The notes beneath the pieces were generated by a model. That model searched no databases and was not told where the DNA came from. It saw only the letters and a program-made list of their open reading frames with translations. From assembly GCA_030141605.1 (NCBI GenBank), contig JAQGDQ010000166.1, positions 62,001-126,000 on the forward strand: 64,000 nucleotides of DNA. The letters run 5' to 3'. The position numbers were made by a program, and so were the translations under genes. Below are positions 27,514 to 40,783 of this stretch, piece after piece (positions within the stretch are counted from its first letter, which is position 1; each line of letters opens with the position of its first letter). Source of the stretch: Tubiluchus corallicola (lineage: Eukaryota; Animalia; Priapulida).

Positions 27514-27661
27514 ATGATTTTTTAACTTTGTAAAATAAAAGTTTCAATAAAATTGTGTTTGTTTCAACTATAAATTTTCGATGTTTTTAAAATCTCAGAA
27601 AGGTACTAATATTAAAATTAAACAACAACGGTATAAAAAATAATTGTACATACATACATAC

Positions 27662-27811
27662 CTTGTCAAAATCATATATAATCTCATTCAGTACTCGCAA
27701 ACACTCCAATCCGTCCTTTGTTATTGCATTCTGATGGTAAAATTCTTTAAAAAAATTGGGTATGGAAGCAAACAAAACGCTTGCACTGCTGTAACACTGA
27801 TGATACAATTC
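27662..27811 (-). CDS. ADCY2: Adenylyl cyclase exon, C2a: ELYHQCYSSASVLFASIPNFFKEFYHQNAITKDGLECLRVLNEIIYDFDK
   Basis: tttcag/gtatgt, 150 nt; FASIP and GLECLR.LNEII.DFD motifs. Confidence 0.97.
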
Positions 27812-28000
27812 CTGAAAGTAAGACTGATGTATCAAAAACTAAATTAACAGTATAAACTAACTATGCACAATATTAACTGTTATTAAACAAAATTGTAGTT
27901 CATGATGGCTATGCATGTGGAAATCGTGACTGAATCGTTCTAGCCAATGAAGTTCAATTCAATAAAATTGTTGTTAACAGATGGCTGCTTTTGGTTTCAT

Positions 28001-28402
28001 TAATAAGCCTTTTCACTTTTCCAGCGGCTGATGATGATCGTGAAAAGGTCAAAGGTTAAGTGTACCAAACAAGACATTTGTGTACACTAGACAACGCCTC
28101 GCAGCCAATGCCATTGTAATAGTAACAGTTTTAACAGCTGGCTAGAACCTTACTTAGTTTACTTTACCTTGTTCCCAAGCAAGATCCTGCTAGTAAATCA
28201 CTCTACGCACAGACTAATGCATAAATAACTAAAGATCACGTAAAACAACTGAAGTTACTGAACTGATGCGATGCGACAAACGGCTTTGCGTTACCCACAT
28301 GTTACGTGACAGTTGTAGTTAGGACGCGTTGCTGTGGCACACTTAATGATTCAGCTACAGCAACTGCGCGTGCGCACAACAAAACCTTGAAAAGGCTTAT
28401 TA
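28001..28402 (+). mobile_element. MITE family A copy 2
   Basis: taataagccttttca ... tgaaaaggcttatta terminal inverted repeat. Confidence 0.9.
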
Positions 28403-28557
28403 TGTTGGTCACGAACAATAAATTTAAAAAACGAACTCGAAAATTAACAGTTCTAACAAAAGAAAGATTTGATAGCAATTAAAATGAAGTACTACGTATT
28501 TTGATCTAGAAACACCAACACATAACAGTGAATAAAAAATGGTGTGACGCAACTCAC

Positions 28558-28716
28558 ATCAGTTTTTCTATTTGGCGAAAGAAAATGCGCAGCTACGTGC
28601 GCAGGTAAAATATTTTCCAGCAAAATTTTATTTACAGATCCCATTGTTTCGACCTCTTCCTGCTCTGATTGAAACTTCGTCTTCCATAAGAAGTCTAACC
28701 TCGACGTATATTCAAT
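28558..28716 (-). CDS. ADCY2: Adenylyl cyclase exon: IEYTSRLDFLWKTKFQSEQEEVETMGSVNKILLENILPAHVAAHFLSPNRKTD
   Basis: ttctag/gtgagt, 159 nt; RLDFLWK and LLENILPAHVA motifs. Confidence 0.97.
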
Positions 28717-28750
28717 CTAGAAATATAAGATTGATTTAATCAGTCGCAAA

Positions 28751-29681
28751 TAGCAACAACGGCAGCAGCAACAACAGCAACAGCAGCATTAACAGCAGCT
28801 GCAGTAGCAGCAACAGCAACAGTAACAACAACAACAGTAACAGCAACAGCAATAACAACAACAACAACAACAGTAACAGCAACAGCAGCAACAACAGCAA
28901 CAGCAGCAGTGACAGCAGCTGCAGCTGCAGTAGCAGCAACAGCAGCAGTAGCAGTAACAACAACAACAACAACAACAACAGTCCTTCGCCTGCCTTTCCA
29001 AATTTACTTTTTATTATTACTCCCTTCCTCCATCTTTTCGCTCCATTTCACCATTGTCATTATTATCATAATACCGTCTGCAACGTAATACCAGAAAAAA
29101 CAATCACCACCACGATAGCAAAACCAATTAGCTAAGTCAATCATCAACAAAATTGCCGTCGTCGACGTTGTCACCGTAGTCATCGTTTTCGTTGTCATTA
29201 TTGTAGAATTCAACTGAAAAACATCCTAAGTTGGTGGTGCCACCTATTATTGAAATTGCTAATAATATCTTCCCTTCTATATGAGTTTCGTATTGAAGTA
29301 GGACACTTGGCTTCTTTATTTACAACTAATAATTTGAACAGTTTTGGTAGCTTGGTCACTAGGATCTACAGATTAACAGCATTAGTGAATCATTTCAATA
29401 TAATTAACATACCAAAGTCTACCATTAATAACATATCACACAATTAAGAACAACTTATCATCGTCGTCGTCGTCATCGTCATCGCTGTCATCATTATCAT
29501 CACCATCATCATCATCATCGTCATCGTCATTGCTGTCATCATTATCATCACTATTATCATCATCATCATCACCATCACCACCATCATCGACATCATCATT
29601 GCTGTCATCATTATCATCACTATTATCATCATCACCATCACCATCGTCATCGTCATCGCTGTCATTATTATTATTATTATT
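28751..29681. repeat. (CAG/CAA)n at 28751-28980 and (CAT)n at 29456-29681
   Basis: Direct reading. Confidence 0.9.
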
Positions 29682-29887
29682 CACTCATCCCTTTTTCACT
29701 CATCTTCTTTATTAATTTTTTTCTTTAACTCCACTTCCTACTTCTTTTTCATTGACTCTTCATCGTACTTCTTTTTGTTGCTTCACTTTTCTCACTCTTT
29801 TAAGAATGAACTAAAAGAAATTCACAGAATTCACCAGGATTAACACACTTTCATGTTTATTAGAAGATTCTGGGAGGGAAATCAATC

Positions 29888-29919
<32 letters not shown>

Positions 29920-29948
29920 CGTCCGTCCGTCTGTCTGTCCGTTCTTAC

Positions 29949-30030
29949 CTTTCTAACCATGACATGTAGAGCTACGAAGAACAATAGCACGTAGATTGTG
30001 TACCTCACAGGCTGTAGCAGTAGGACCTCG
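29949..30030 (-). CDS. ADCY2: Adenylyl cyclase exon, TM12: EVLLLQPVRYTIYVLLFFVALHVMVRK
   Basis: ttccag/gtaaga, 82 nt, phase-compatible. Confidence 0.9.
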
Positions 30031-30503
30031 CTGGAAAAGTGAAAAATTAATCACCGATAACATAGAACGTTGTGAAAAGTTAAATCTTTGTGTTTTTTTC
30101 GTTTGTGTACAAAGTTGATTGACTAGTAGATATCTTGTTTGATTGTTTATTAACAACTACGTGCTTGTTCGCTTCAGTCAGTCAGTCAGTCAGTCAGTCA
30201 GTCAGTCAGTCAGTCAGTCAATCTGCCTATCTGTCTGAATTTGTCTGTCTGTCTGTCTGTGCGTTTGCATGCTCGTTTATACATTAGTTCCTTCATCAGT
30301 CTGTTTGGTTGTGCACTTGTTTGACTGTTTGCTTGCTTGCTTGCTTACTTGTTGACTTGTTATTCGTTTGTTTCATTTACTTGTCTTCTGGCTTCTTACG
30401 ATGATGATTATTTGCGTCACGTGAAAATTTTTTTGCAACGCAGTTTGTTCTTGGCTTACACTATAAACTATACATCATAATTTTTAGACGTAATTTTTCC
30501 TAC

Positions 30504-30664
30504 CCTCCGCTTCCATCACCGACAAATATATCCCTCCTCAACACGTTGAACGTGACGATATACAGTACAGCAGCTAACAGACTTATGAAGCTCTTGGCTA
30601 GAAAGTTCACATGGAGGAAAACAGAGCAAACAAGCAGTGCTTGCAAACAGCTGAACACATAGTA
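30504..30664 (-). CDS. ADCY2: Adenylyl cyclase exon, TM10-11: YYVFSCLQALLVCSVFLHVNFLAKSFISLLAAVLYIVTFNVLRRDIFVGDGSG(G)
   Basis: tttcag/gtagga, 161 nt; SC....CSVFL.VN...K pattern of AC2. Confidence 0.93.
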
Positions 30665-30836
30665 CTGAAAAGAAGAAAAAGAATGCACCAGATGAACAAC
30701 GCAGAATGGGAAACAGTTAAGCAAATAAAAATAATATATATGATGTTTATGTCAATGTGCTTTTTGTCAGTTGGCAAACAGTCAGTAGCCACTGAAATGC
30801 ACTACTGCTATCAGTATAATCAGCATACGGGATGTA

Positions 30837-31236
30837 CAGGAGCGCAGGCGCGTATCCACACTTTACGGCGCCCTAGGCTGATAATTCTGTCCCGCCCATT
30901 TCTATTGTAATTTTATGGTTGTTTATGTATTGAGCAGATTGAACAATTCCTTGTGGTGTATTAGGAACACAATTAGCCTAGTTTCTGCATGTCATTATTA
31001 ATTATATGTATTTACATAGCGCGTATAAATACCTTGCACCTGTTCATTATGTGGCACCTATATAAAAGCTGCTCTTAGTAACTGTCTGTTGTGTGTTGTA
31101 AAATGCGCCCTTTACATGAATATGAAAGCATACACATTATCCGAGGTGGATAAGAATTTTTTCTAAAAAGTGACGCCTCTCAAACTTTGGTGCCCTAGGC
31201 TATAGCCTAGTTAGCCTGTTAGTTAATGCGCTCCTG
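30837..31236 (+). mobile_element. CAGG-ended MITE family I (second copy at 60253-60661)
   Basis: caggagcgca...tgcgctcctg TIR; colinear with the second copy. Confidence 0.78.
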
Positions 31237-31590
31237 CAGGAGCGTCCAGAAAAAATATTAACTGTGAATTCTTTAATAAAGCAAAATTTACAAATCAAAA
31301 ATGTATCAAAATTTAACAGAATAACAATGAATATATATATGTTATACACAAGAAAAAGAATGGTTGTAAGTTTTATGGTTTGTTTTAGCAGAACTTTTCG
31401 TCTTAGAAATGTGATGTTTAAAATTGTATTTGCGTAAGAAAGAAAAAGAAATATATATATACATGTATATAGCTCGGAATATATTTATATATACGTATTC
31501 GTTGAACAATGATACATTGTATCCATTCGTTGAACAATGATACATTGTATCCATTGTATACATCGTATTCATTGAACATTGATACAATGA

Positions 31591-31664
<74 letters not shown>

Positions 31665-32110
31665 ATCCTGTTAAATTTTTTTTGCTCCTTTGACTCGTAA
31701 ATTTTTGTTTTGTTGAATAAATTGAAGGAAACATTTTTCTGGACCACCTTGTACATTGATTATTATTTATATTGGATACCCATTTTGGATGCTGCATGTG
31801 ATGCAATCAATTAAAGTAATTACACTAATATCATTAATATTACTATTATTAATGTTATTAAGTCATTAATATCTCATTATCGCTGTCACGTGACCTTAGA
31901 AATAGAGGTATAAGACCTACACCACGCAATAAAGTAATTTACGTAGCGAAATTAAATCCTTGTTATACAAAAGCCTCAATTGTAGGGATTTTCAATATAC
32001 TAACCCATATTGAAGTACGGTAAAAAGTATCCATTTAAACATTTATAATAATGCCATAGCTTTCCGACCATCAAATAATAAGTTAATATAATATAAATAT
32101 AAATATATAA

Positions 32111-32233
<123 letters not shown>

Positions 32234-34321
32234 TAATAAAAGTGTCAGCGGATACTGAATAAATTTACCAGTTAGCCATCTGGAAAATTCGTGTGCAATG
32301 CCAATCTTACTGTTTGTTTTCACTTTAATGACATCAATGATAAATTTTTACCTTATGGAATGTTGTTTTATTCTACGTATTATTAATCAAGCCTAGTTAA
32401 TGATGACGTCACAAACGAACACAATTTTCAGCAGCAACATTCCGCGAGCATGTTGCACGTGTTTGCAAAAGTTGAAACACAGTGCTACTGTACAACGTTC
32501 CGTGTGATACACAAAACTTGGCAAAATTTAAGTTCACTCATAAGCGCTCACATGTGTGCGCTACATCACAACTGTGCAACACATCGCGTGAAGAAGTAAA
32601 GCGCCTGCTTTTGTGCAACGCGTCTCCGCACGCAGGCGCTAGCGCCCATCTAACTAGTGGATGGCGAAATGCATGTACCAGTAAGGAACTGGTGACGCGA
32701 ACGTGAAATTACGTTTCTGTTGTAATTATTTTTTGATGTAAGTCATACTTGAAGGAACAATACGTTGCGTTTTCAATAGTTTACGATTGGATTATTTCAA
32801 TTATAGAAAAAACTCGCTCTCGCTAGTCTGAACGTAAGAACACTAGTTTGAAATTGCTTTACAACATCAGTCACAGTTGCGGCGGATTAAGCCTGGTGTA
32901 CACCATCTCGGTTTGACAGTGACTGTGAGCAGTACACTGTGATAATTGATGGGACGGTGTGCAAAGTACGTATTCCGTACAGAGCTGGACGGATATTACT
33001 TTCTTGTTTATCCGCAACCGTAAAATCCGCAACTGTAAATGTCCGTATCCGTAAAATCCGCGGATCGAATGAAATTTGAATATTCTCGTATCCGCTTTAT
33101 TCGCAAAAATGTGGCCAGCAACTAGGCTTGCTATGTGTGCCATCCCAATTGAACAAAGATGCACCTCAGACAGACTCTACAATTTCAACGCTCGTCAAAG
33201 GAACCTTTCACTTGTGCCAAACAAAAAGTTTAAAGACTGAAATCATTTAAATAAATTCCAGTCAATAGGCCTTGAAATTAATTGTTCTCTAGACAGAATC
33301 AGACCTACCTGTTCATTTCAACCAATCACGGTAGACCTGAATTCATTTGTCCCTTCAAGGTTACCGTAAAATGCAATACCCACTGCATTCATTTGTTACT
33401 CGCAAAGAAAAACTTATTTCAGAGACGGGATTTATAAATTATTTAAAGTATTCGATAAATGTTCTGCGTGTACTCAAGACTCGCGTATGCATGTGTGAAA
33501 ACTGACACGATTGTCCTTCGAATAACCGCCAGCGAAAATCTGTTCCTCTCACGGCAAGTCATTAACTTAAGCGTCTGCAAATAAATCCCCCCCCCCGAGT
33601 AACATCTAACTAGTCAGCAGAAACTATTAGATGAGATTGATAACGTTCTAACGAAACAGATTCTACTAAGTACTTTATTTTGACTTGTGAATTAATTAAG
33701 TTTCGGCTGTCCTTTAAAGGGGATTCGGGCAATTGCGCCTGGAAGAAACCGAGCAAAATGTTCTGCATTGAAAGTGATTTGATTTCCGGCAGGTGGGGCA
33801 GCAAGTAATTAAGAAAGACATGATTTTAACGAGTAATTAGAGGAAAAGATGAAAAACGTGATCGCTTTCACAATTGGTGAGACGGTTTTGCCTCTGTGTT
33901 GCCTGATGTTCCACTAAATGTCACAACACTTATGTGCTAGTACACCGCAAACAGTTTGAAACACAGTATTAACCTATCGTTACACTAAAGGTGAGCATAT
34001 TTCGCAAAAAAAATAGACTTAGACGGGATTAAGTTGAAAAAAAATTTGCGATTTCTTATGTGAAAAACTGATTCTTTTGAAAGCAAATCTATTGCGGCTC
34101 TGCCCAATTTATGAAGATGATGATGCTGATGGTGATGAAGATGATCATGATGATGACGATTATTACGATGGTGATGATAATGATGATGACGATGAAGCAT
34201 TACTCAGTATTGTAGTAATATCAACAATACCAATATTGTCACTGCAGATGGAAACAATGGAGTGACTAAGTTAAACAACTGCAAAGTAAAAAAATCAATA
34301 ATTTCTTAGCGTCTATCTTAC

Positions 34322-34480
34322 CGGAGCTATGTAACATTGGTCTTGGCATTCCGTTCTGTTAACATTTGGCAAACCCAGAGAAGCGTCATCAGAACCATCG
34401 AATACAACGAATGAACTTAGCTTTGCTTCCCCCTCGTCAGTAGATGAAGAAGTCTTGACTGATACTTCTGGACAATCGGC
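34322..34480 (-). CDS. ADCY2: Adenylyl cyclase exon, extracellular loop: ADCPEVSVKTSSSTDEGEAKLSSFVVFDGSDDASLGLPNVNRTECQDQCYIAP
   Basis: acttag/gtaaga, 159 nt open in phase 0; Cys-bounded loop with an N-glycosylation sequon (NRT) at the expected M2 position. Confidence 0.85.
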
Positions 34481-36001
34481 CTAAGTGATTTAAAAATGTT
34501 GTTATTTACACGAATATCAATCTGTGAAGCGCGGAGTAAAATCAACGTTAATGCGTCAGTGTGTATACGTGTCTAAAACTACACTACCTTTTCACATATA
34601 CTGAAATTAATCATGAAAGCTCATCCAAATAATAGTGAATAATAATGAATATCGAACAGATAATAGTTCATTATGGTGAATATCCATTAGTGAATAGTGA
34701 ATAACAGTGAATAATAGTGAATATCCAACAGTTAATTATAGTGAATATCCATTAGTGAATAGTAATTAATAGTGAGCAATAGTAAATAACTAGTGTATAA
34801 CCAATAGTTAATAGTTAATTATGGTGTATATCCATTAGTGAATAATGGATAATAGTGAATAGCGAACAACGAATTTTAGTAAATAGCGATTATTGTGAAT
34901 TGTGAATAGCGAATAGTGAATGATGGTGAACAGTTAAACATTTAAAAGTAAATGGTTTGTAGAAAAGTCTTTCAAATCATTCGACATTTTTCAATTTCGG
35001 AACATCTTCTGCTGCGCGTTTAATTTGACTCAACTTTGGTTAGTTTCAGACAACAAACGGCAGGTATAAATTTCCACAGGAAACATTTCAAGTGAAACCA
35101 CTACTCCCTTGGGTGTGTCACTGTAACTAAATCAGTCACACAAATGAACAGTGAGCCTCAAAGGGTTGACTGATGTAGCTAATAAAGAGGCAAAATTGGA
35201 GGGCTTCTGACACTGCTTTGCTCTACGCTGCCTGCCTAGCAGTGGTGACTAGTAAGCAAATTTACTGTGGGGTGCTGCTTCAGAAAATTTTAAGCCATTG
35301 CGCCTTTAATACGTAATTTTAATGTTGAAATTTTTTTAATTGTAATTTTAAACAAACAAACATACAAAAATTTAAACGTAAACTTGATAAAATCCTAAAC
35401 AAAAACCGCAGTTCAAGAATAGGTTTTTAAACACGTGACAACTGACAACAAACTGTGTGTGAGCAACAGTACTTTCTCTTACTAGCAACAGACGCTAGCA
35501 GTACAACGTGTTATCTCAGACATGTGCGCATGGCCGCATGCGCACAACAGCCAAACACACCACTGTGCTGGGCTGCGAAGCAAACGGTACTACCCTCACA
35601 TGCTCTGGTTCCGTACAGGTATAAAGAAAGAACTAAACAAAAAGGTTTATTATAGTCAATATTATCGATAACATTGAGTGAAAATAGGTGGTGTTGCAGT
35701 TTCATAGTACCTTTACACGAGCCGCCAGAGTGCGTAGCGTTCCAAGTGGCTCCTATTTGGACTTACAAGATTAGTTTCTACGACTCCCTGACCCCTCCTT
35801 CTCGCCTGAAGAATTTACTCAGCTAACAGGGATTAAAATATAGCGAAATAATGTTAACTAAACAGTAAAACTGTTTTTTTCACTGAAGTTCTGAGTGTTT
35901 TATCTGGTGTTTTGAAATTGCAATTGTGGGCGGAGCTTCGATGCACTAAATATTTAAAAGAAAATTTCGCTTGTAGACGATGCTTTTATACAGTATACGG
36001 C

Positions 36002-36423
36002 AATAAGCATTTCAGCCTTTTCCCAGTTCCAGCAATTGATTATGATCGTGAAAAGGTCAAAACTTAAGATGTGCCAAACGTCGGATTTGTGTACACTTGA
36101 CAAGCCCGTGCTACTCTAATAGTAACAGTTTTAAGAGCTAGCAAGAACCTTACCTAATTCACTTTTTCTTGTTGCCAAGCAAGATCCTGCTAGTAAATCA
36201 CTCCACACACACTAACGCATAATTACGTAAAGGCCACGCAAAACAACAGAAGTTATTGAACTGATGTGGCAACCATTTTGCTTTGCCGCATGTCACGTGA
36301 CGGTTGTAGTAGGTAGTTAAATAGTATGTTGTCGCACGTAGTCAAGACGCATTCCTGTCGTACACTTAACCTTTGACCTACAGCAACTGCGCGTGCGCAC
36401 AACGCACATGTAGAAAAGCTTAC
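36002..36423 (+). mobile_element. MITE family A copy 3
   Basis: Full-length similarity to copies 1 and 2. Confidence 0.85.
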
Positions 36424-36444
36424 CGCATAGACCGAGTTTCTTAC

Positions 36445-36573
36445 CATGGTGACTACAGCTGCTGCAGCTATGACTGCCATTGTTGTTATAGCAATGAACA
36501 TTCTCAACCATGGTCCATTCGTTATCACACGTGATACTGACGTCAGCACAGAAAAATTCCTCCCCTTACCATC
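36445..36573 (-). CDS. ADCY2: Adenylyl cyclase exon, TM9: DGKGRNFSVLTSVSRVITNGPWLRMFIAITTMAVIAAAAVVTM
   Basis: acatag/gtaaga, 129 nt; PW.R followed by TM helix as in AC2. Confidence 0.88.
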
Positions 36574-36876
36574 CTATGTAAAATTTAACATTAATAAGCC
36601 TATTAGATTATAATATGTTTTTCATAAAAATCACAATTTACTCGGTGTTAGGGGAAATGTAGCAGCGTGTGGGTGGTGGGTTGATTGCTTTCCCAGTTAA
36701 ATATGTTAGTTTTAGCAACGCATGCGCAGTTTACGCAATAAAAATATAAGATCAACAAAGCACGAAACATAAAATAAAATAAGAAAATTAATAAGCAGTT
36801 CAGTTTGCCAAATTGCTAAAATTTGTCAACACTTATTTTTAAAAAATTTTACCCTATGAGTTGTGTAAATTGATAT

Positions 36877-38232
36877 TGAAAAAAACAAGATTTTTTCGTA
36901 CATTTCTATAGTTTTTTGTTTGTTTTTAAACACATTCAAACTTTCAAACAAAATTATTTGATTGGATATTCAGGCTGGTTCATTTTGCCTAATTTTGAGT
37001 ACATTAATGCCTTACGACTTTGTCAGCTTCGTCATTTTAAAACTGCTAGAACTTTTTATCGCTTTTGACTATGACAGAATGATTTTTCATGCACTATCCC
37101 ATTTTCAAGTACGGTAAAAATTAGACATTTTAACACGATTAATACTGCAAAATCGTTTCTCACAATTAAATAACAGATTAAAAACTTAATTAACGGCGGG
37201 CGAGCCCAACTAGTAATGACATCACAAACTAATGTAATTTTAAACAGCAAAAATGTTCCACGAGCGTGTTGCACGTGTTTGCGAAAGCGAAAATTGAAGT
37301 ACTTTGCTACTATGATATTCAGTGTGTCGTACTAAAACTAGGCAAATTTTAAGATAAGAATTCAAATTTCAAGTTTACCGCTGTGCTCACTCATGAGTTG
37401 TCGAACACGTGTAGTTCGTCACAAACTAACACTTCTGAACTGAGAGGTACAGTTTCTGTTTTTGCGCAATGCGTTTTCCGAAATGCATGCGCTAATGCCC
37501 GTCTAAATAGCAAATGGCGAAATGCAGGTAACAGTGAAGAACTATTGGCACGAACGTGAAATAGTGTTTGTGAGGTAATAGTTCTTATACGTAAATCATT
37601 TTTGAAAAAATAGTACGTTTCCTTTCAATATTTCAAAGAGTAGATTGTTTTGACCTACAGTTTGAGTCCGGTTGTGCTTTAATAGATCATTTTCCTCATC
37701 GCCAATGTAGCTGATGGCATCCACTAATTATTCAGCCGTCACTGGACAAACATTGCGCAGCCATTTTGATTTCATTATGCGCAAGCAATTCAAAAGTCTC
37801 TTGCGCAGGAATAAATAAAGCTTATTACTTCACATCACTGTTATTCCCACATCGAAATTGAATCACATAAACGAAGCGTAGCCTTTAGTAAATTGCAAAT
37901 TGCATTTCGCGTCTGTTTTTCTTGGTTTTGTATTGACAGAGGACAGAAGAGGAAATCTTGAAAATATATGAATGACAATTCAGAGATAAAGCGTTTATAG
38001 ACACAGTAATAAAACTGTTGTCCATGGTTTCACATCAACAGTAATTATTTTAATAATTGAAAAAAACAAAATGTTTTCGTATATTTTTACAGTTTTTAAA
38101 CGCATTCAAACTTTCAAACAAAATCATTAGATTGGATATTCAGGCTGGTTCTTTTGTGCTTAATTTAAAGTACATTAATGCCTTGTGAATTTCTCACCTT
38201 AATCATTTTAAGATTGCTAAAACTTTTTATCG
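36877..38232. repeat. Direct repeat pair (~180 bp) at 36877-37061 and 38058-38232
   Basis: cattcaaactttcaaacaaaat...attggatattcaggctggttc shared. Confidence 0.8.
37090..37682 (+). mobile_element. Kolobok-like family C element
   Basis: Colinear with 8200-8700; ends ccggttgtgct|ttaa. Confidence 0.75.
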
Positions 38233-38929
38233 TGCACATGGAGTGAATTTTAATTTCAAAGTTTGCACATGGCAGGCATAGCAAAATCGTGCATAAGTCG
38301 GCAACTAAGCTTTTCTAGTTATTCGTATACCAAGTTCATCACTTTATGTTAATTCTAAGCTGAGATAATTCACATTGAAGTTGAGGTGCAGGCTGAACAC
38401 TGAAAAACGTAACCTTGAGAAAATCACTGTTAATGTTTGCCATTGTTTTTTGTCGTGTTTCTACAAAACACTTAGCAACCATACAAATGTTGGTTGCTAT
38501 GGACATTGCAAGAACACGTTGAAGTTATGTTTAAATCCAGTAGATGGCTCTTCCTGACGAAGATTTGGGCTTGTCAACAGAAAAAGCCAAAGCAAAATGA
38601 CTGCTTCCATGAATTACTATCGGGGTTTGAAAATACAAGTTTTTTTACAATTGCACTACTAGTTTCTAGCCAGAATAACGGGTATGGGGTTATAAAGTTA
38701 GATTTTTGGTTTTTTTGAACATTTTCTTGATAATTTGATACTAAAATATAAACGTCGAATATATTTAGAGTTGGTTTTTATAAAATACGAAAAATTGACA
38801 TTTTTGGGTTACTCTAATTTAAGCACAATAACGTAGTTTTAACTATGCCGACTTATGGACGGTTTTGGTTTACAAGCATTAATTTTATGTTTTAAAACTT
38901 TCTATTTTTAAACTGTCTGTTCCATCTTG

Positions 38930-39424
38930 TTCTACATGTTCCTGCCTATAAAAGTTAGCAATTGTTTCTTATATTTGAATAATTAGCTTAGAAAGTTAAT
39001 TAACGGTAACCGAACACAGCTATTGCTTACGTCAGAAACTAACCACAGTTTGTGCAATGGCAGGCATCTTCCTTTGCGCGTCAAGCGCGTTTGCGTAAGT
39101 GTTACTGCTTAAGCGCGTGATGTCACGAAAATGGACTCTACGTCATATGACGTCAAGAAACTAACACAGCAGTTCATGATCATGGTTATCACGGTACCGC
39201 TTTCTATTTGTCGGCCACGCGAACGTGACAAAAAGGCGCCATTACCAATCTTAGTAGATTCACTGAACCGCACGTAGTTGAAAGTTTAACAAAATTTGAG
39301 TATCCGAGGTAATTATTATTTAATCTAAGTTTTGATTTAGAAAAAAAACTATTGTAGTTTTCAATATTTTAGAGCATTCTTTATTCTGAACTAATGTTTA
39401 CACAATCGTTCGATTTTCCTTTAA
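38930..39424 (-). mobile_element. Kolobok-like family B, inverted and one end missing
   Basis: Reverse-complement match to 22218-22700; ends ttttcct|ttaa. Confidence 0.8.
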
Positions 39425-39439
39425 AGTCACTTTACTTAC

Positions 39440-39524
39440 TTCAAAATTTTCAGCCCAGCAGATGCACAAAAGCACAACTAGCAGAAAAACTATAGCACCA
39501 TAGGATATGTAAAGCACCAAATCT
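39440..39524 (-). CDS. ADCY2: Adenylyl cyclase exon, TM8: DLVLYISYGAIVFLLVVLLCICWAENFE
   Basis: tttcag/gtaagt, 85 nt, phase-compatible, hydrophobic. Confidence 0.9.
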
Positions 39525-39569
39525 CTGAAAAAAAATTGTATCTCATAAATTATGTGAAAATAATTGTAC

Positions 39570-39622
39570 TAATAAGCCTTTTCACATTTCCAGCGATTGA
39601 TCGTGAAAAGGTCAAAGATAAT
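39570..39622 (+). mobile_element. MITE family A copy 4 (5' fragment fused to the 3' end of a family C element)
   Basis: taataagccttttcacatttccagcgattgatcgtgaaaaggtcaaag. Confidence 0.8.
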
Positions 39623-39792
39623 TGTGAAGAACTAGAGGCGCGAGCGTGAAATTGTGTTTGCGTGGTAATAATTCTTTCACGTAAGTCATTTTTGAAAAAA
39701 TAGTATGTTTGCTTTCAATATTTTAAAGATAAGATTGTTTTGACCTACAATTTAAGATTCGGTCCGGTTTTACTTCAAATTTACAAGTCTTA

Positions 39793-40085
39793 TATAGCAT
39801 TACTGTTAACGCGAGCCCTATATGCAATAAAACAGCATATAGGTGATATAAAATTTCAAAACGAATTTGTTTAGCTCTGTTTAAGTAATAGGTTATCTTA
39901 TATAGTAACTTATAAGAGTACGTACCTACTGATTTACTATACTTACTGATATACTTATGTGGCATTGCAGTTAACGCAAGCCCTATATGCAATAAAACAG
40001 CACGTAGGTGATATAAAATTTTAAGGTGAATTTGTTTAGCTCTATTTAAGTAAAGGGTTTTCTTACATAGTAGCATGTAAGTGTA
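39793..40085. repeat. Tandem duplication, ~167 bp period
   Basis: gttaacgcRagccctatatgcaataaaacagca twice. Confidence 0.85.
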
Positions 40086-40522
40086 TAATTACTGGCATGG
40101 AGCAGACGCATTGTATAATGTAAACACAAATTGCTGAAAATATCTGCTATAATTAGGAGTGACTACCTTAAATTAAAGATGGCCTTCGCATCAACTGACA
40201 AACTTCAATTAACTAATTGCTAATTTAAAATCGCGGGTAAAGTTTTGCCATTAATGGCTGACTGCATGTCATTCAGCCTGTCTGGGAGGTTGTTTTAATC
40301 TAATTAGAGTTGCTTAGTTAATTAGAAAGCAATCGCGAATCTTGGGGAAAATCAACGTGAAATTTAAAAGGACATTTCAGTTTAAAAGATTCGTTGGATA
40401 GTATTGCTATGGAAGCCAAGCAGACGGGACGCGTCTGCTTCACGTCTGAAAGGTCGTGAGTTCGATACTGCGAAAAATAGTACCAGCTGTTGCCCTGCCT
40501 TGCGCGTGGTATTCGCGTTACT

Positions 40523-40783
<261 letters not shown>

